From Escherichia sp. ESNIH1 (GTDB taxonomy: Bacteria > Pseudomonadota > Gammaproteobacteria > Enterobacterales > Enterobacteriaceae): a stretch of 24,000 nucleotides of DNA. Below, one piece after another: positions 13,545 to 23,219 of this stretch. Under the pieces are notes generated by a model, which was not told the origin of the DNA, did no database searches, and saw only the letters and a list, made by a program, of their open reading frames with translations. The translations under genes were made by a program, and so were the position numbers. The stretch spans positions 1 through 24,000 of the forward strand of contig NZ_PQKR01000015.1 of NCBI RefSeq assembly GCF_002918705.1, read 5' to 3'. How positions within the stretch are numbered: the stretch's first letter is position 1; every line of letters begins with the position of its first letter.

Positions 13545-13569
13545 TGTCATTTTCAGAAGGTGACTGCAC
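13545..13569 (+). repeat. 25-bp Tn5053/Tn402-family terminal IR (outer end at 13545, interior to the right)
   Basis: TGTCATTTTCAGAAGGTGACTGCAC compared with the family consensus TGTCATTTTCAGAAGACGACTGCAC. A further CTGCAC-ending repeat follows (GAGTCGGCTGCAC, 13581-13593). Confidence 0.8.
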
Positions 13570-13607
13570 GGAATATCAAGAGTCGGCTGCACAGTCTTTT
13601 CTGATCT

Positions 13608-13645
13608 GTGGTCGTCTCAGAAAACGGAAAATAAAGCACGCTAAG
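13608..13645 (+). repeat. 38-bp Tn21-subfamily IR relic (merR-proximal, IRmer), copy 1
   Basis: GTGGTCGTCTCAGAAAACGGAAAATAAAGCACGCTAAG is the Tn1696/Tn5036-type IR with GGGG changed to GTGG. It contains the merR1 stop codon. Confidence 0.85.
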
Positions 13646-14075
13646 CTGTGGAAGCCCCTGCCAAGCTCGTTCCACCTTGCAACGACGCAATCAGCGGACA
13701 CGAAACATTCCCCTGCCGCGAATGGCAGGCGCACACGAGTTCAGACAGCACGGTTTCCATGCGCGCCAAGTCGGCCATCTTCTCGCGCACGTCCTTGAGC
13801 TTGTGTTCGGCCAGGCTGCTGGCCTCCTCGCAGTGGGTGCCATCGTCGAGCCGCAACAGCTCGGCAATCTCGTCCAGACTGAACCCCAGCCGCTGTGCCG
13901 ATTTCACGAATTTCACCCGAACCACGTCCGCCTCCCCATAGCGGCGGATGCTGCCGTAAGGCTTGTCCGGTTCCGGCAACAGGCCCTTGCGCTGATAGAA
14001 GCGGATTGTCTCCACGTTGACCCCGGCCGCCTTGGCAAAAACGCCAATGGTCAGGTTTTCCAAATTATTTTCCAT
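13641..14075 (-). CDS. merR: Mercuric resistance regulator MerR (144 aa), copy 1
   Basis: [144 protein letters not shown]. The ORF-track entry from 14210 is upstream read-in. Confidence 0.96.
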   Translation of the reverse strand: MENNLENLTIGVFAKAAGVNVETIRFYQRKGLLPEPDKPYGSIRRYGEADVVRVKFVKSAQRLGFSLDEIAELLRLDDGTHCEEASSLAEHKLKDVREKMADLARMETVLSELVCACHSRQGNVSCPLIASLQGGTSLAGASTA

Positions 14076-14080
14076 ATCGC

Positions 14081-14111
14081 TTGACTCCGTACATGAGTAC
14101 GGAAGTAAGGT
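14081..14111 (+). promoter_or_regulatory. mer operator/promoter 1 (PmerT with 19-bp spacer and MerR dyad)
   Basis: TTGACT (14081-14086), dyad TCCGTAC-ATGA-GTACGGA (14086-14103), TAAGGT (14106-14111). This is identical in layout to Tn21/Tn501 merOP. Confidence 0.93.
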
Positions 14112-14146
14112 TACGCTATCCAATCCAAATTCAAAAGGGCCAACGT

Positions 14147-14497
14147 ATGTCTGAACCACAAAACGGGCGCGGTGCGCTCTTCGCCGGCGGGCTGGCCGCC
14201 ATTCTTGCATCGACCTGCTGCCTGGGGCCGCTAGTACTGGTCGCCCTGGGCTTCTCCGGTGCTTGGATCGGCAACCTGACGGTGCTGGAACCCTATCGAC
14301 CGTTGTTCATCGGCGCGGCGCTAGTGGCGCTGTTCTTCGCCTGGAAGCGGATTTACCGGCCCGTGCAGGCATGCAAGCCAGGTGAGGTCTGCGCGATTCC
14401 GCAGGTGCGCGCCACCTACAAGCTGATTTTCTGGATCGTGGCCGTGCTGGTCCTGGTCGCGCTTGGATTTCCCTATGTCGTTCCATTTTTCTATTAA
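14147..14497 (+). CDS. merT: Mercuric ion transporter MerT (116 aa)
   Basis: [72 protein letters not shown]... Confidence 0.96.
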   Translation: MSEPQNGRGALFAGGLAAILASTCCLGPLVLVALGFSGAWIGNLTVLEPYRPLFIGAALVALFFAWKRIYRPVQACKPGEVCAIPQVRATYKLIFWIVAVLVLVALGFPYVVPFFY

Positions 14498-14510
14498 CCA
14501 GGAGTTCATC

Positions 14511-16683
<2,173 letters not shown>

Positions 16684-16718
16684 ACCTTGGGCACCAAAAC
16701 AGGGACAGAGGAGTTTTT

Positions 16719-17372
16719 ATGTTTTGTGACATCAGACTTAAATTACGCCGTGTACGCGCGTGCTTGACGATCGTACTGGCAAGTACCGCAACGTTAGGCA
16801 TGCCAAACCAAGCGTTGGCGGCTTATGATTTTTCTAAGCTCGGCGCCGCGATTGAAACATTGTCGCCAGAGACCGTCAGTGATTGGGAAAAGAAGGCCAG
16901 GGCTGGCGATGCCATGGCTCAGAACATCATGGGTCTTGCGTACAAATGCGGTATGGGCGTAAAGCAAAACCACGCGGCATCGATCCAGTGGTTCCGCAGG
17001 GCGGCCGAGCAGGGTGAAGCCGATGCACAGTTCAACCTCGGGCGCCTCTACGGAAGTGAAGTCGACGGTATGTATAAGAATGGGCGTGCGGCTCCTGCCA
17101 ACGATGCAGAGGCTTTCAAGTGGTACCGCCTCGCTGCCGAGCAGGGACACACGCAGGCTCAAGTCAGGCTGGCCCAGCTGTTTGCAAAGGGTCTTACCGA
17201 CATCGCGCCCGACCAGGTGCAGGCATACCAGTGGATGAGTCTGGCCGCAGCGTCGGGAGAACCGACAGCAGCAAAAGTCGTTGCAGACTATGCAGCTCAA
17301 ATGAAGCCCGAACAGTTACAGCAAGCCCAGCTGCTGGCCGAGGAATGGCAACGCCGGCAAGGCACAAAGTAA
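16719..17372 (+). CDS. merG: 217-aa secreted Sel1-repeat protein in the merG position (between merA and merB)
   Basis: Signal-like N-terminus MFCDIRLKLRRVRACLTIVLASTATLGMPNQALAA. At least three Sel1-like repeats are present (GDAMAQNIMGLAYKCGMGVKQNHAASIQWFRRAAEQGEADAQFNLGRLY...AFKWYRLAAEQGHTQAQVRLAQLF...). RBS is AGAGGAG. Position and size match my recollection of merG from Pseudomonas K-62 pMR26. Confidence 0.6.
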   Translation: MFCDIRLKLRRVRACLTIVLASTATLGMPNQALAAYDFSKLGAAIETLSPETVSDWEKKARAGDAMAQNIMGLAYKCGMGVKQNHAASIQWFRRAAEQGEADAQFNLGRLYGSEVDGMYKNGRAAPANDAEAFKWYRLAAEQGHTQAQVRLAQLFAKGLTDIAPDQVQAYQWMSLAAASGEPTAAKVVADYAAQMKPEQLQQAQLLAEEWQRRQGTK

Positions 17373-17452
17373 TTCGTCTTTGTTAAGCGCAGGACGTAAC
17401 CGCCGAGTAAGGTTTATCCCGGTTGATCGCTGCCCGATATAACAGGTGGAAA

Positions 17453-18091
17453 ATGGACAAGACTATTTATTCCAAAAAGATTGCCGAAAGCCTTTCATCT
17501 GGCAATCATCCTAAAGAGTTCGCAACGCTCTTTGTCGCGCTGCTCCGACAGCTAGCGATGGGGGGACCTGTATCACGCGAAAAGCTCGCCGGCGCACTCG
17601 GATGGTCTGGAGCGAGAGTTGCAACGGTACTTGAGCAGGCACCTGGTACGGAATATGACGACGAGGCCAATATCATTGGACTGGGGCTGACACTACGTGA
17701 AACCTCTCACGTTTTTGAGGTGGATGGCCGTCATTTGTACACATGGTGTGCGCTGGACACCTTGATGTTTCCCGCCTTGACCGGCAAGATTGCCCGTGTC
17801 ACTTCCCGCTGCGCCGCCACCGGTAGGCCGATCACTCTCACCGTTGCACCAGAAGCAGTGCTTCATGTCGAACCGGCAGAAGCAATGGTTTCACTGCGAA
17901 CTCCGGATACTTCGCCCGACATTCGTTGTTCGTTTTGCTGTCATGTGCATTTCTTTGCGTCTCCGTCTATTGCAAATTCGTGGGCTTCGACCCACCAAGG
18001 GATTGAGGTCGTGCCTGTCGAGAGTGCGTTCGACCTTGGTCATGATGTCGCGCTTAAGCTGCTAGAGGACTGCGAGGAAAGCCCAGTATGA
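17453..18091 (+). CDS. merB: Organomercurial lyase MerB (212 aa), copy 1 (divergent)
   Basis: [14 protein letters not shown]...[15 protein letters not shown]...[21 protein letters not shown]... contains the catalytic Cys/Asp motif WCALD and the CCHVHFF motif. Confidence 0.93.
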   Translation: MDKTIYSKKIAESLSSGNHPKEFATLFVALLRQLAMGGPVSREKLAGALGWSGARVATVLEQAPGTEYDDEANIIGLGLTLRETSHVFEVDGRHLYTWCALDTLMFPALTGKIARVTSRCAATGRPITLTVAPEAVLHVEPAEAMVSLRTPDTSPDIRCSFCCHVHFFASPSIANSWASTHQGIEVVPVESAFDLGHDVALKLLEDCEESPV

Positions 18092-18435
18092 ATGCGTACT
18101 CGATATCGAAGCTGGCTGATGATGCTTGCGTCAGCGTGCATGTCGTGCGCGACTACATGATACGCGGCTTGTTGCACCCTGCTCGGCGAACCGAAAGTGG
18201 CTAGAACATTTTCGATGACAAAACACTCGGAAGGCTGCGGTTTCTCCGCGCAGCCTTCGAGTCCGGAATTGGGCTCGACGAACTGGCGCGACTTTGCAAA
18301 GCATTGGACGCAGACGATAGCGAAAGCCTGGACCGATGCGTCGAGCGCGTGCGATGGAAGATCGACGTGCGTCGAACAGTTTTGACTGTCGTCGAGGCCT
18401 CTTTGAATGAAATGGCGGCCGGTGCAGCTACTTGA
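18088..18435 (+). pseudogene. merD: merD (copy 1) with in-frame TAG at codon 39 (18202-18204)
   Basis: [76 protein letters not shown]... is colinear with MerD (compare copy 2: ...[43 protein letters not shown]). It has an ATGA overlap with the merB1 stop. Confidence 0.8.
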
Positions 18436-18525
18436 GGTCCGGCCGGTAAAAGCGTTGGAATTAGCCACTTCGTATATAATATATTGATTAATATAGCTTT
18501 TTCGATGAATGTTTGACTAAAGCCT

Positions 18526-19035
18526 TTATCGCGACAGTGACTCCTGAAGCTGCTTAAACTGCCCCTGAATCACCGCTTTTTCCTGAAGAATCAACTTGTT
18601 CTCATCGGACAGAACTTCCGCTCTATTCTGAGAGGCTTTCAGATCCGTTTTGGTGACCTCTAATGCTTGGGATAGTACGGCCACCTGCTTATCGGCATCT
18701 GCTTTCTGGCTTGCGAGTGCGGCAATATTATCCGCCAATTGTTTGCTTTCATGCTTCCGCTCCCGGTTTTTTGCCGAGGCGTCGTTAAGTTGATGCTCCA
18801 AGTTCTGGATATCGGCCACTTGCCTATCCAAGGTGCTTTTGTGCATCGCATTGGCCTGTTCGAGCTCATGCGTTTGTCGTTGTAATTGCGCATTAGTGTC
18901 TATCAGCTCGGACGCTCTTGACTCGGCTTGGATGAGCCGGTTTTGCAGGTCTTGAATCTGGTCTTTCAGGCCCCGGTTAACCATCTGGAATTGCTCGCGC
19001 TCCTGCTGCCGGTCTTCGGCGGTGCGTTGCTGGTA
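18526..19035 (-). pseudogene. 5'-truncated coiled-coil protein gene (169 codons remaining), cut by IRmer copy 2
   Basis: The frame is open right up to the IR boundary: ...YQQRTAEDRQQEREQFQMVNRGLKDQIQDLQNRLIQAESRASELIDTNAQLQRQTHELEQ.... The sequence is heptad-rich, Q/E/K/L-rich and low in GC. No family was recognised. Confidence 0.55.
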
Positions 19036-19073
19036 GGGGGCACCTCAGAAAACGGAAAATAAAGCACGCTAAG
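19036..19073 (+). repeat. 38-bp Tn21-type IR relic (IRmer), copy 2
   Basis: GGGGGCACCTCAGAAAACGGAAAATAAAGCACGCTAAG matches the Tn21 IR as I recall it, and contains the merR2 stop. Confidence 0.9.
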
Positions 19074-19503
19074 CTGTGGAAGCCCCTGCCAAGCTCGTTC
19101 CACCTTGCAACGACGCAATCAGCGGACACGAAACATTCCCCTGCCGCGAATGGCAGGCGCACACCAGGTCAGACAGCACAGCCTCCATGCGCGCCAAATC
19201 GGCCATCTTCTCGCGCACGTCTTGGAGCTTGTGCTCGGCCAGGCTGCTGGCCTCCTCGCAGTGGGTGCCATCGTCGAGCCGCAGCAACTCGGCGATTTCA
19301 TCCAGGCTGAAGCCCAACCGCTGGGCCGATTTCACGAATCGCACCCGTGTCACGTCCGCCGCGCCATAGCGGCGAATGCTGCCATAGGGCTTGTCCGGCT
19401 CGGGCAACAAGCCCTTGCGCTGATAGAACCGGATGGTCTCCACGTTGACGCCGGCTGCCTTGGCAAAAACGCCAATGGTCAGGTTCTCCAAATTATTTTC
19501 CAT
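19069..19503 (-). CDS. merR: Mercuric resistance regulator MerR (144 aa), copy 2
   Basis: [144 protein letters not shown]. Confidence 0.96.
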   Translation of the reverse strand: MENNLENLTIGVFAKAAGVNVETIRFYQRKGLLPEPDKPYGSIRRYGAADVTRVRFVKSAQRLGFSLDEIAELLRLDDGTHCEEASSLAEHKLQDVREKMADLARMEAVLSDLVCACHSRQGNVSCPLIASLQGGTSLAGASTA

Positions 19504-19508
19504 ACCGC

Positions 19509-19539
19509 TTGACTCCGTACATGAGTACGGAAGTAAGGT
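19509..19539 (+). promoter_or_regulatory. mer operator/promoter 2, driving merB2 directly
   Basis: TTGACT (19509-19514), dyad TCCGTACATGAGTACGGA (19514-19531), TAAGGT (19534-19539). The downstream gene is merB, not merT. Confidence 0.9.
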
Positions 19540-19603
19540 TACGCTATCCAATTCAGGATGTCAAACAATTGTCCTGCTGCGCAGGATGAAAGGAGATGGA
19601 ACC

Positions 19604-20242
19604 ATGAAGCACGCCCCATATATTTTAGAACTTCTCACTTCGGTCAATCGTACCAATGGTACTGCGGATCTCTTGGTCCCGCTACTGCGGGAACTCGCCA
19701 AGGGGCGTCCGGTTTCACGAACGACACTTGCCGGGATTCTCGACTGGCCCGCTGAGCGAGTGGCCGCCGTACTCGAACAGGCCACCAGTACCGAATATGA
19801 CAAAGATGGGAACATCATCGGCTACGGCCTCACCTTGCGCGAGACTTCGTATGTCGTTGAAATTGACGACCGCCGTCTGTATGCCTGGTGCGCGCTGGAC
19901 ACCTTGATATTTCCGGCGCTGATCGGCCGTACAGCTCGCGTCTCATCGCATTGCGCTGCAACCGGAGCACCCGTTTCATTCACGGTTTCACCCAGCGAGA
20001 TACAGGCTGTCGAACCTGCCGGCATGGCGGTGTCCTTGGTATTGCCGCAGGAAGCAGCCGACGTTCGTCAGTCCTTCTGTTGCCATGTACATTTCTTTGC
20101 ATCTGTCCCGACGGCGGAAGACTGGGCCTCCAAGCATCAAGGATTGGAAGGATTGGCGATCGTCAGTGTCCACGAGGCTTTCGGCTTGGGCCAGGAGTTT
20201 AATCGACATCTGTTGCAGACCATGTCATCTAGGACACCGTGA
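19604..20242 (+). CDS. merB: Organomercurial lyase MerB (212 aa), copy 2 (R831b/pDU1358-like)
   Basis: [113 protein letters not shown]...[17 protein letters not shown]... Confidence 0.96.
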   Translation: MKHAPYILELLTSVNRTNGTADLLVPLLRELAKGRPVSRTTLAGILDWPAERVAAVLEQATSTEYDKDGNIIGYGLTLRETSYVVEIDDRRLYAWCALDTLIFPALIGRTARVSSHCAATGAPVSFTVSPSEIQAVEPAGMAVSLVLPQEAADVRQSFCCHVHFFASVPTAEDWASKHQGLEGLAIVSVHEAFGLGQEFNRHLLQTMSSRTP

Positions 20243-20353
20243 TCGGATATCGACCCAATGTTCTACGGCACCGGCATCGGATTCGCAGCGCGCGGATTGA
20301 ACTCGGCGAAACGGTATATGCATTGCCGTGAACCGACCAAAAGGAGGTGTTCG

Positions 20354-20719
20354 ATGAACGCCTACACGGTGTCCCGGCTGGCCCTTGATGCCGGGGTGAG
20401 CGTGCATATCGTGCGCGACTACCTGCTGCGCGGATTGCTGCGGCCAGTCGCCTGCACCACGGGTGGCTACGGCCTGTTCGATGACGCCGCCTTGCAGCGA
20501 CTGTGCTTCGTGCGGGCCGCCTTCGAGGCGGGCATCGGCCTCGGCGCATTGGCGCGGCTGTGCCGGGCGCTGGATGCGGCGAACTGCGATGAAACTGCCG
20601 CGCAGCTTGCTGTGCTGCGTCAGTTCGTCGAACGCCGGCGCGAAGCGTTGGCCAATCTGGAAGTGCAGTTGGCCGCCATGCCGACCGCGCCGGCACAGCA
20701 TGCGGAGAGTTTGCCATGA
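20354..20719 (+). CDS. merD: Mer operon co-regulator MerD (121 aa), copy 2
   Basis: [124 protein letters not shown] is AAAGGAGG. Confidence 0.95.
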   Translation: MNAYTVSRLALDAGVSVHIVRDYLLRGLLRPVACTTGGYGLFDDAALQRLCFVRAAFEAGIGLGALARLCRALDAANCDETAAQLAVLRQFVERRREALANLEVQLAAMPTAPAQHAESLP

Positions 20720-20952
20720 ACAGCCCCGAGCGCATGCCGGCCGAGACGCACAAACCGTTCACCGGCTACCTGTGGGGCACGCTGGCCGTGCTGACTTGCC
20801 CCTGCCACCTGTCCATCCTCGCTGCCGTGCTGGCCGGCACAACCGCCGGTGCATTCCTTGTCGAGTATTGGGTCATCACGGCGCTCGGTTTGACCGGCCT
20901 GTTTCTTCTGTCACTGGCGCGGGCGTTGCGGGCATTCAGGGAAAGATCATGA
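20716..20952 (+). CDS. merE: Mercury transport protein MerE (78 aa)
   Basis: [78 protein letters not shown]. It has an ATGA overlap with merD2. Confidence 0.93.
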   Translation: MNSPERMPAETHKPFTGYLWGTLAVLTCPCHLSILAAVLAGTTAGAFLVEYWVITALGLTGLFLLSLARALRAFRERS

Positions 20953-21084
20953 GCGCTTCCCGGCCGGATGGATGGACTACGGCGGAGGGCCCAAGCGTTC
21001 GAGCGCGGGCAAGGCTTTCTGTTCGCAAAGCCGATGCCGGCGGCGGCATTCGCCGTCTTCGTCAGTCAATGGAGGGGTGCCACC
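20949..21084 (+). pseudogene. urf2 (EAL-domain protein) remnant: N-terminal ~13 codons, a frameshift, then only the extreme C-terminal tail of the EAL domain
   Basis: [13 protein letters not shown] (frame 3) is followed in frame 1 by AQAFERGQ|[22 protein letters not shown]. The GQGFLFAKP motif is the end of an EAL domain, and the whole catalytic domain between the two GQ codons is absent. Confidence 0.6.
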
Positions 21085-21288
21085 ATGAATGCAAATGATC
21101 CGACCGCCACCAGTTGCTGCGTGTGCTGCAAGGAAATTCCGCTCGATGCCGCCTTCACACCGGAAGGCGCGGAGTACGTCGAGCACTTCTGCGGGCTGGA
21201 GTGTTATCAACGTTTCCAGGCGCGGGCCAGCACTGCGACCGAAACGAGCGGCGAACCGAACGCTTGCGGTTCGCCGCCGTCAAATTGA
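21085..21288 (+). CDS. 67-aa Cys-rich small protein (DUF3330-like) commonly found distal to merE/urf2
   Basis: [77 protein letters not shown] lies 7 nt upstream. The CxxC...CxxxC pattern suggests a zinc ribbon. Confidence 0.6.
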   Translation: MNANDPTATSCCVCCKEIPLDAAFTPEGAEYVEHFCGLECYQRFQARASTATETSGEPNACGSPPSN

Positions 21289-21326
21289 GACAAACCACGC
21301 TTTCGCTACGTCGCCTCATGTCGGCA

Positions 21327-21941
21327 TCAAATTCGGCTGAGTAGCTTCTCGCCATCTGGACGTAGCTCGCCCTTGGGTGAAATATGCCGATACAGGGTCT
21401 GCCGCGTGATGCCAAGTTCCTGGCACAGGTCGCCGACCTTGGTCTCTGACTGCCCCATTGCCGCCATCGCCAGCCGCAGCTTGGCGGCGGTCATCTTGAA
21501 CGGCCGGCCGCCTTTCCGGCCGCGTGCCCGTGCTGAGGCCAGGCCCGCCACGGTGCGCTCGGCGATCAACTCGCGCTCGAACTCGGCCAGCGCGGCGAAG
21601 ATACCGAAGACCAGCTTGCCGGCGGCGGTCGTGGTGTCAATGGCCGCGCCGTGCCCGGTCAGCACCTTGAGGCCGATGCCGCGTCCGGTCAGGTCATGGA
21701 CGGTATTGATCAGATGGCGCAGGTCGCGCCCGAGCCGATCCAGTTTCCAAACGACCAACGTGTCGCCTGGCCGTAGTGCCTTCAGACAGCTCGCCAGACC
21801 GGGACGATCCTCGCGTTTTCCGGACGCTTGGTCTTCATAGAGATGCGCCGGATCAACACCGGCCGCGACCAGCGCATCGCGCTGCAAGTCCGTCGCCTGG
21901 GAGCCATCCGCCTTCGATACTCGCATGTAGCCAATCAGCAT
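21327..21941 (-). CDS. tniR: Tn5053/Tn402-family serine resolvase TniR (TniC), 204 aa
   Basis: MLIGYMRVSKADGSQATDLQRDALVAAGVDPAHLYEDQASGKREDRPGLASCLKALRPGDTLVVWKLDRLGRDLRHLINTVHDL...ITRQTLYRHISPKGELRPDGEKLLSRI. Confidence 0.93.
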   Translation of the reverse strand: MLIGYMRVSKADGSQATDLQRDALVAAGVDPAHLYEDQASGKREDRPGLASCLKALRPGDTLVVWKLDRLGRDLRHLINTVHDLTGRGIGLKVLTGHGAAIDTTTAAGKLVFGIFAALAEFERELIAERTVAGLASARARGRKGGRPFKMTAAKLRLAMAAMGQSETKVGDLCQELGITRQTLYRHISPKGELRPDGEKLLSRI

Positions 21942-21949
21942 CTTGTACC

Positions 21950-21977
21950 TGTCACATATACGTTCGATTATGTGACA
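21950..21977. promoter_or_regulatory. Putative res crossover subsite of the Tn5053-family element
   Basis: 28-bp palindrome TGTCACATA-TACGTTCGAT-TATGTGACA lies 9 bp upstream of tniR. Further TGTCAC-type half-sites lie at 22009-22014 and nearby. Confidence 0.6.
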
Positions 21978-22001
21978 GTTTGCATCGGGAAGCTCTGCAC
22001 G

Positions 22002-23219
22002 TCAAAATTTGTCACTTAACCCGTCATTCTGTCTAAGGCATGCAAAGGGTAGGCTAGGCTCATAATGTGACAGAAATTCCGGGGGGATGCCTTCCTTCGC
22101 GAAGGTGGCGCGCAACTGTTCCAAGGAAGCGGGGTCGCGCCGACCATAGGAAGCCAACGCGAACAGCGAGCGTGCCGTCTCGGGGTTGTGTCGTGCTTCA
22201 ATGATGGCCTCATCAATGGCCTGGATTGCACGCTGCCAGTGATCGACGGGTTCGGGCTTCGGCGCTTTCGCCGGCAGGCCACTGGTGAACCCGGTTTGGG
22301 GCTCGGACCAGAATAGCTTTGCGTGCTCGCCTGGCGGGCTTATATCCCTCACCTCAATCAAGCTGATTGCCGTTGCCGCCGCCTCCAGCATCTGCAACCG
22401 TACTGCCGGGTTCAGGGTTTCATACGGTCGCCACAGACTTTGCCCAGCACGCAGCGGATGCCCGCAGCATTCCCAGATTTGGCGGAGATACCCCGCGTAG
22501 GTGCCGCACGTCGAAAGCGGGGTGTTCAGCTCATCGAGCAGCGTGCGTAGCAGCCTAAACCACAATCCGGCGTGGATGCGTCGGCGCGGCAACTCCACGT
22601 GGCCGGTCGTCAGTGCCTGCCAGGTACGCTGGTCCATCGCCGCAATCGCGTCGCTGGCAGTGCGCGGTTCGGCGTCGGCGTTCTCCCAGCCGAGAAACCG
22701 CCCTGGCACGCCCCAATAGGATTCCAGCCAGCAGCCATGCAGTGGGCAGCTCAGCATCAGGGGCAGCTTCCACGCGAGCAGTACGGCTTGGTTCTCCGGA
22801 TCGTTCAGGCAGAGCGGACAGGCGCGGTGTATCGGTTGGGTGGGCAGCCAGGCACGCCAGCTCGTGATGGATCGCGTCTTACGGCGGAGTCTCGGCAGCA
22901 GTACCGAGAGCTGGAACGCATAGGTTTCCAATGCGGCTGGAATCTGATCATCAAGGCTGTCCAGTAGCCAAGGCACCCAGCCGGCGAAACTCATGCAGCG
23001 CAGCCGATCCAGCTCGATACCGCTCCGCTGGGAGAGCATCGCCAGCAGCGCCAGTGGTGGCGCGGTGTCCAGGTCATCAACCTGGCCGTGACCAAGATCG
23101 TGCTCCAGCAGCTCGGACACTTCCATGTGATAGCAAAGGGCCACGCGGTTGAGCCACGAAGACAGGGCTTCGGCTTCCCTGGGTGCCGGATGCAGTGGCC
23201 AGCGTGGCGCTGGCTTCAC
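22002..23219 (-). CDS. tniQ: Transposition target-selection protein TniQ (405 aa, GTG start overlapping the tniB stop)
   Basis: (V)KPAPRWPLHPAPREAEALSSWLNRVALCYHMEVSELLEHDLG...CPLCLNDPENQAVLLAWKLPLMLSCPLHGCWLE.... A GTGA overlap at 23216-23219 gives the family-typical 405 aa. The 495-aa ORF in the track is upstream read-in. Confidence 0.9.
   Translation of the reverse strand: MKPAPRWPLHPAPREAEALSSWLNRVALCYHMEVSELLEHDLGHGQVDDLDTAPPLALLAMLSQRSGIELDRLRCMSFAGWVPWLLDSLDDQIPAALETYAFQLSVLLPRLRRKTRSITSWRAWLPTQPIHRACPLCLNDPENQAVLLAWKLPLMLSCPLHGCWLESYWGVPGRFLGWENADAEPRTASDAIAAMDQRTWQALTTGHVELPRRRIHAGLWFRLLRTLLDELNTPLSTCGTYAGYLRQIWECCGHPLRAGQSLWRPYETLNPAVRLQMLEAAATAISLIEVRDISPPGEHAKLFWSEPQTGFTSGLPAKAPKPEPVDHWQRAIQAIDEAIIEARHNPETARSLFALASYGRRDPASLEQLRATFAKEGIPPEFLSHYEPSLPFACLRQNDGLSDKF

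Noticed and set aside
18470-18505. AT-rich near-palindrome (TATATAATATATTGATTAATATA) between merD1 and the coiled-coil fragment, considered as a transposon end or origin element
   Set aside because: It is imperfect and of low complexity, with no similarity to the 25-bp or 38-bp IR families in the window. It cannot be distinguished from ordinary AT-rich intergenic DNA by eye.
20225-20808. 158-, 177- and 62-aa minus-strand ORFs and a 211-aa plus-strand ORF over merD2/merE/urf2
   Set aside because: These are off-frame or antisense to clearly recognisable MerD and MerE. The translations are Arg/Pro/Ala-rich junk.
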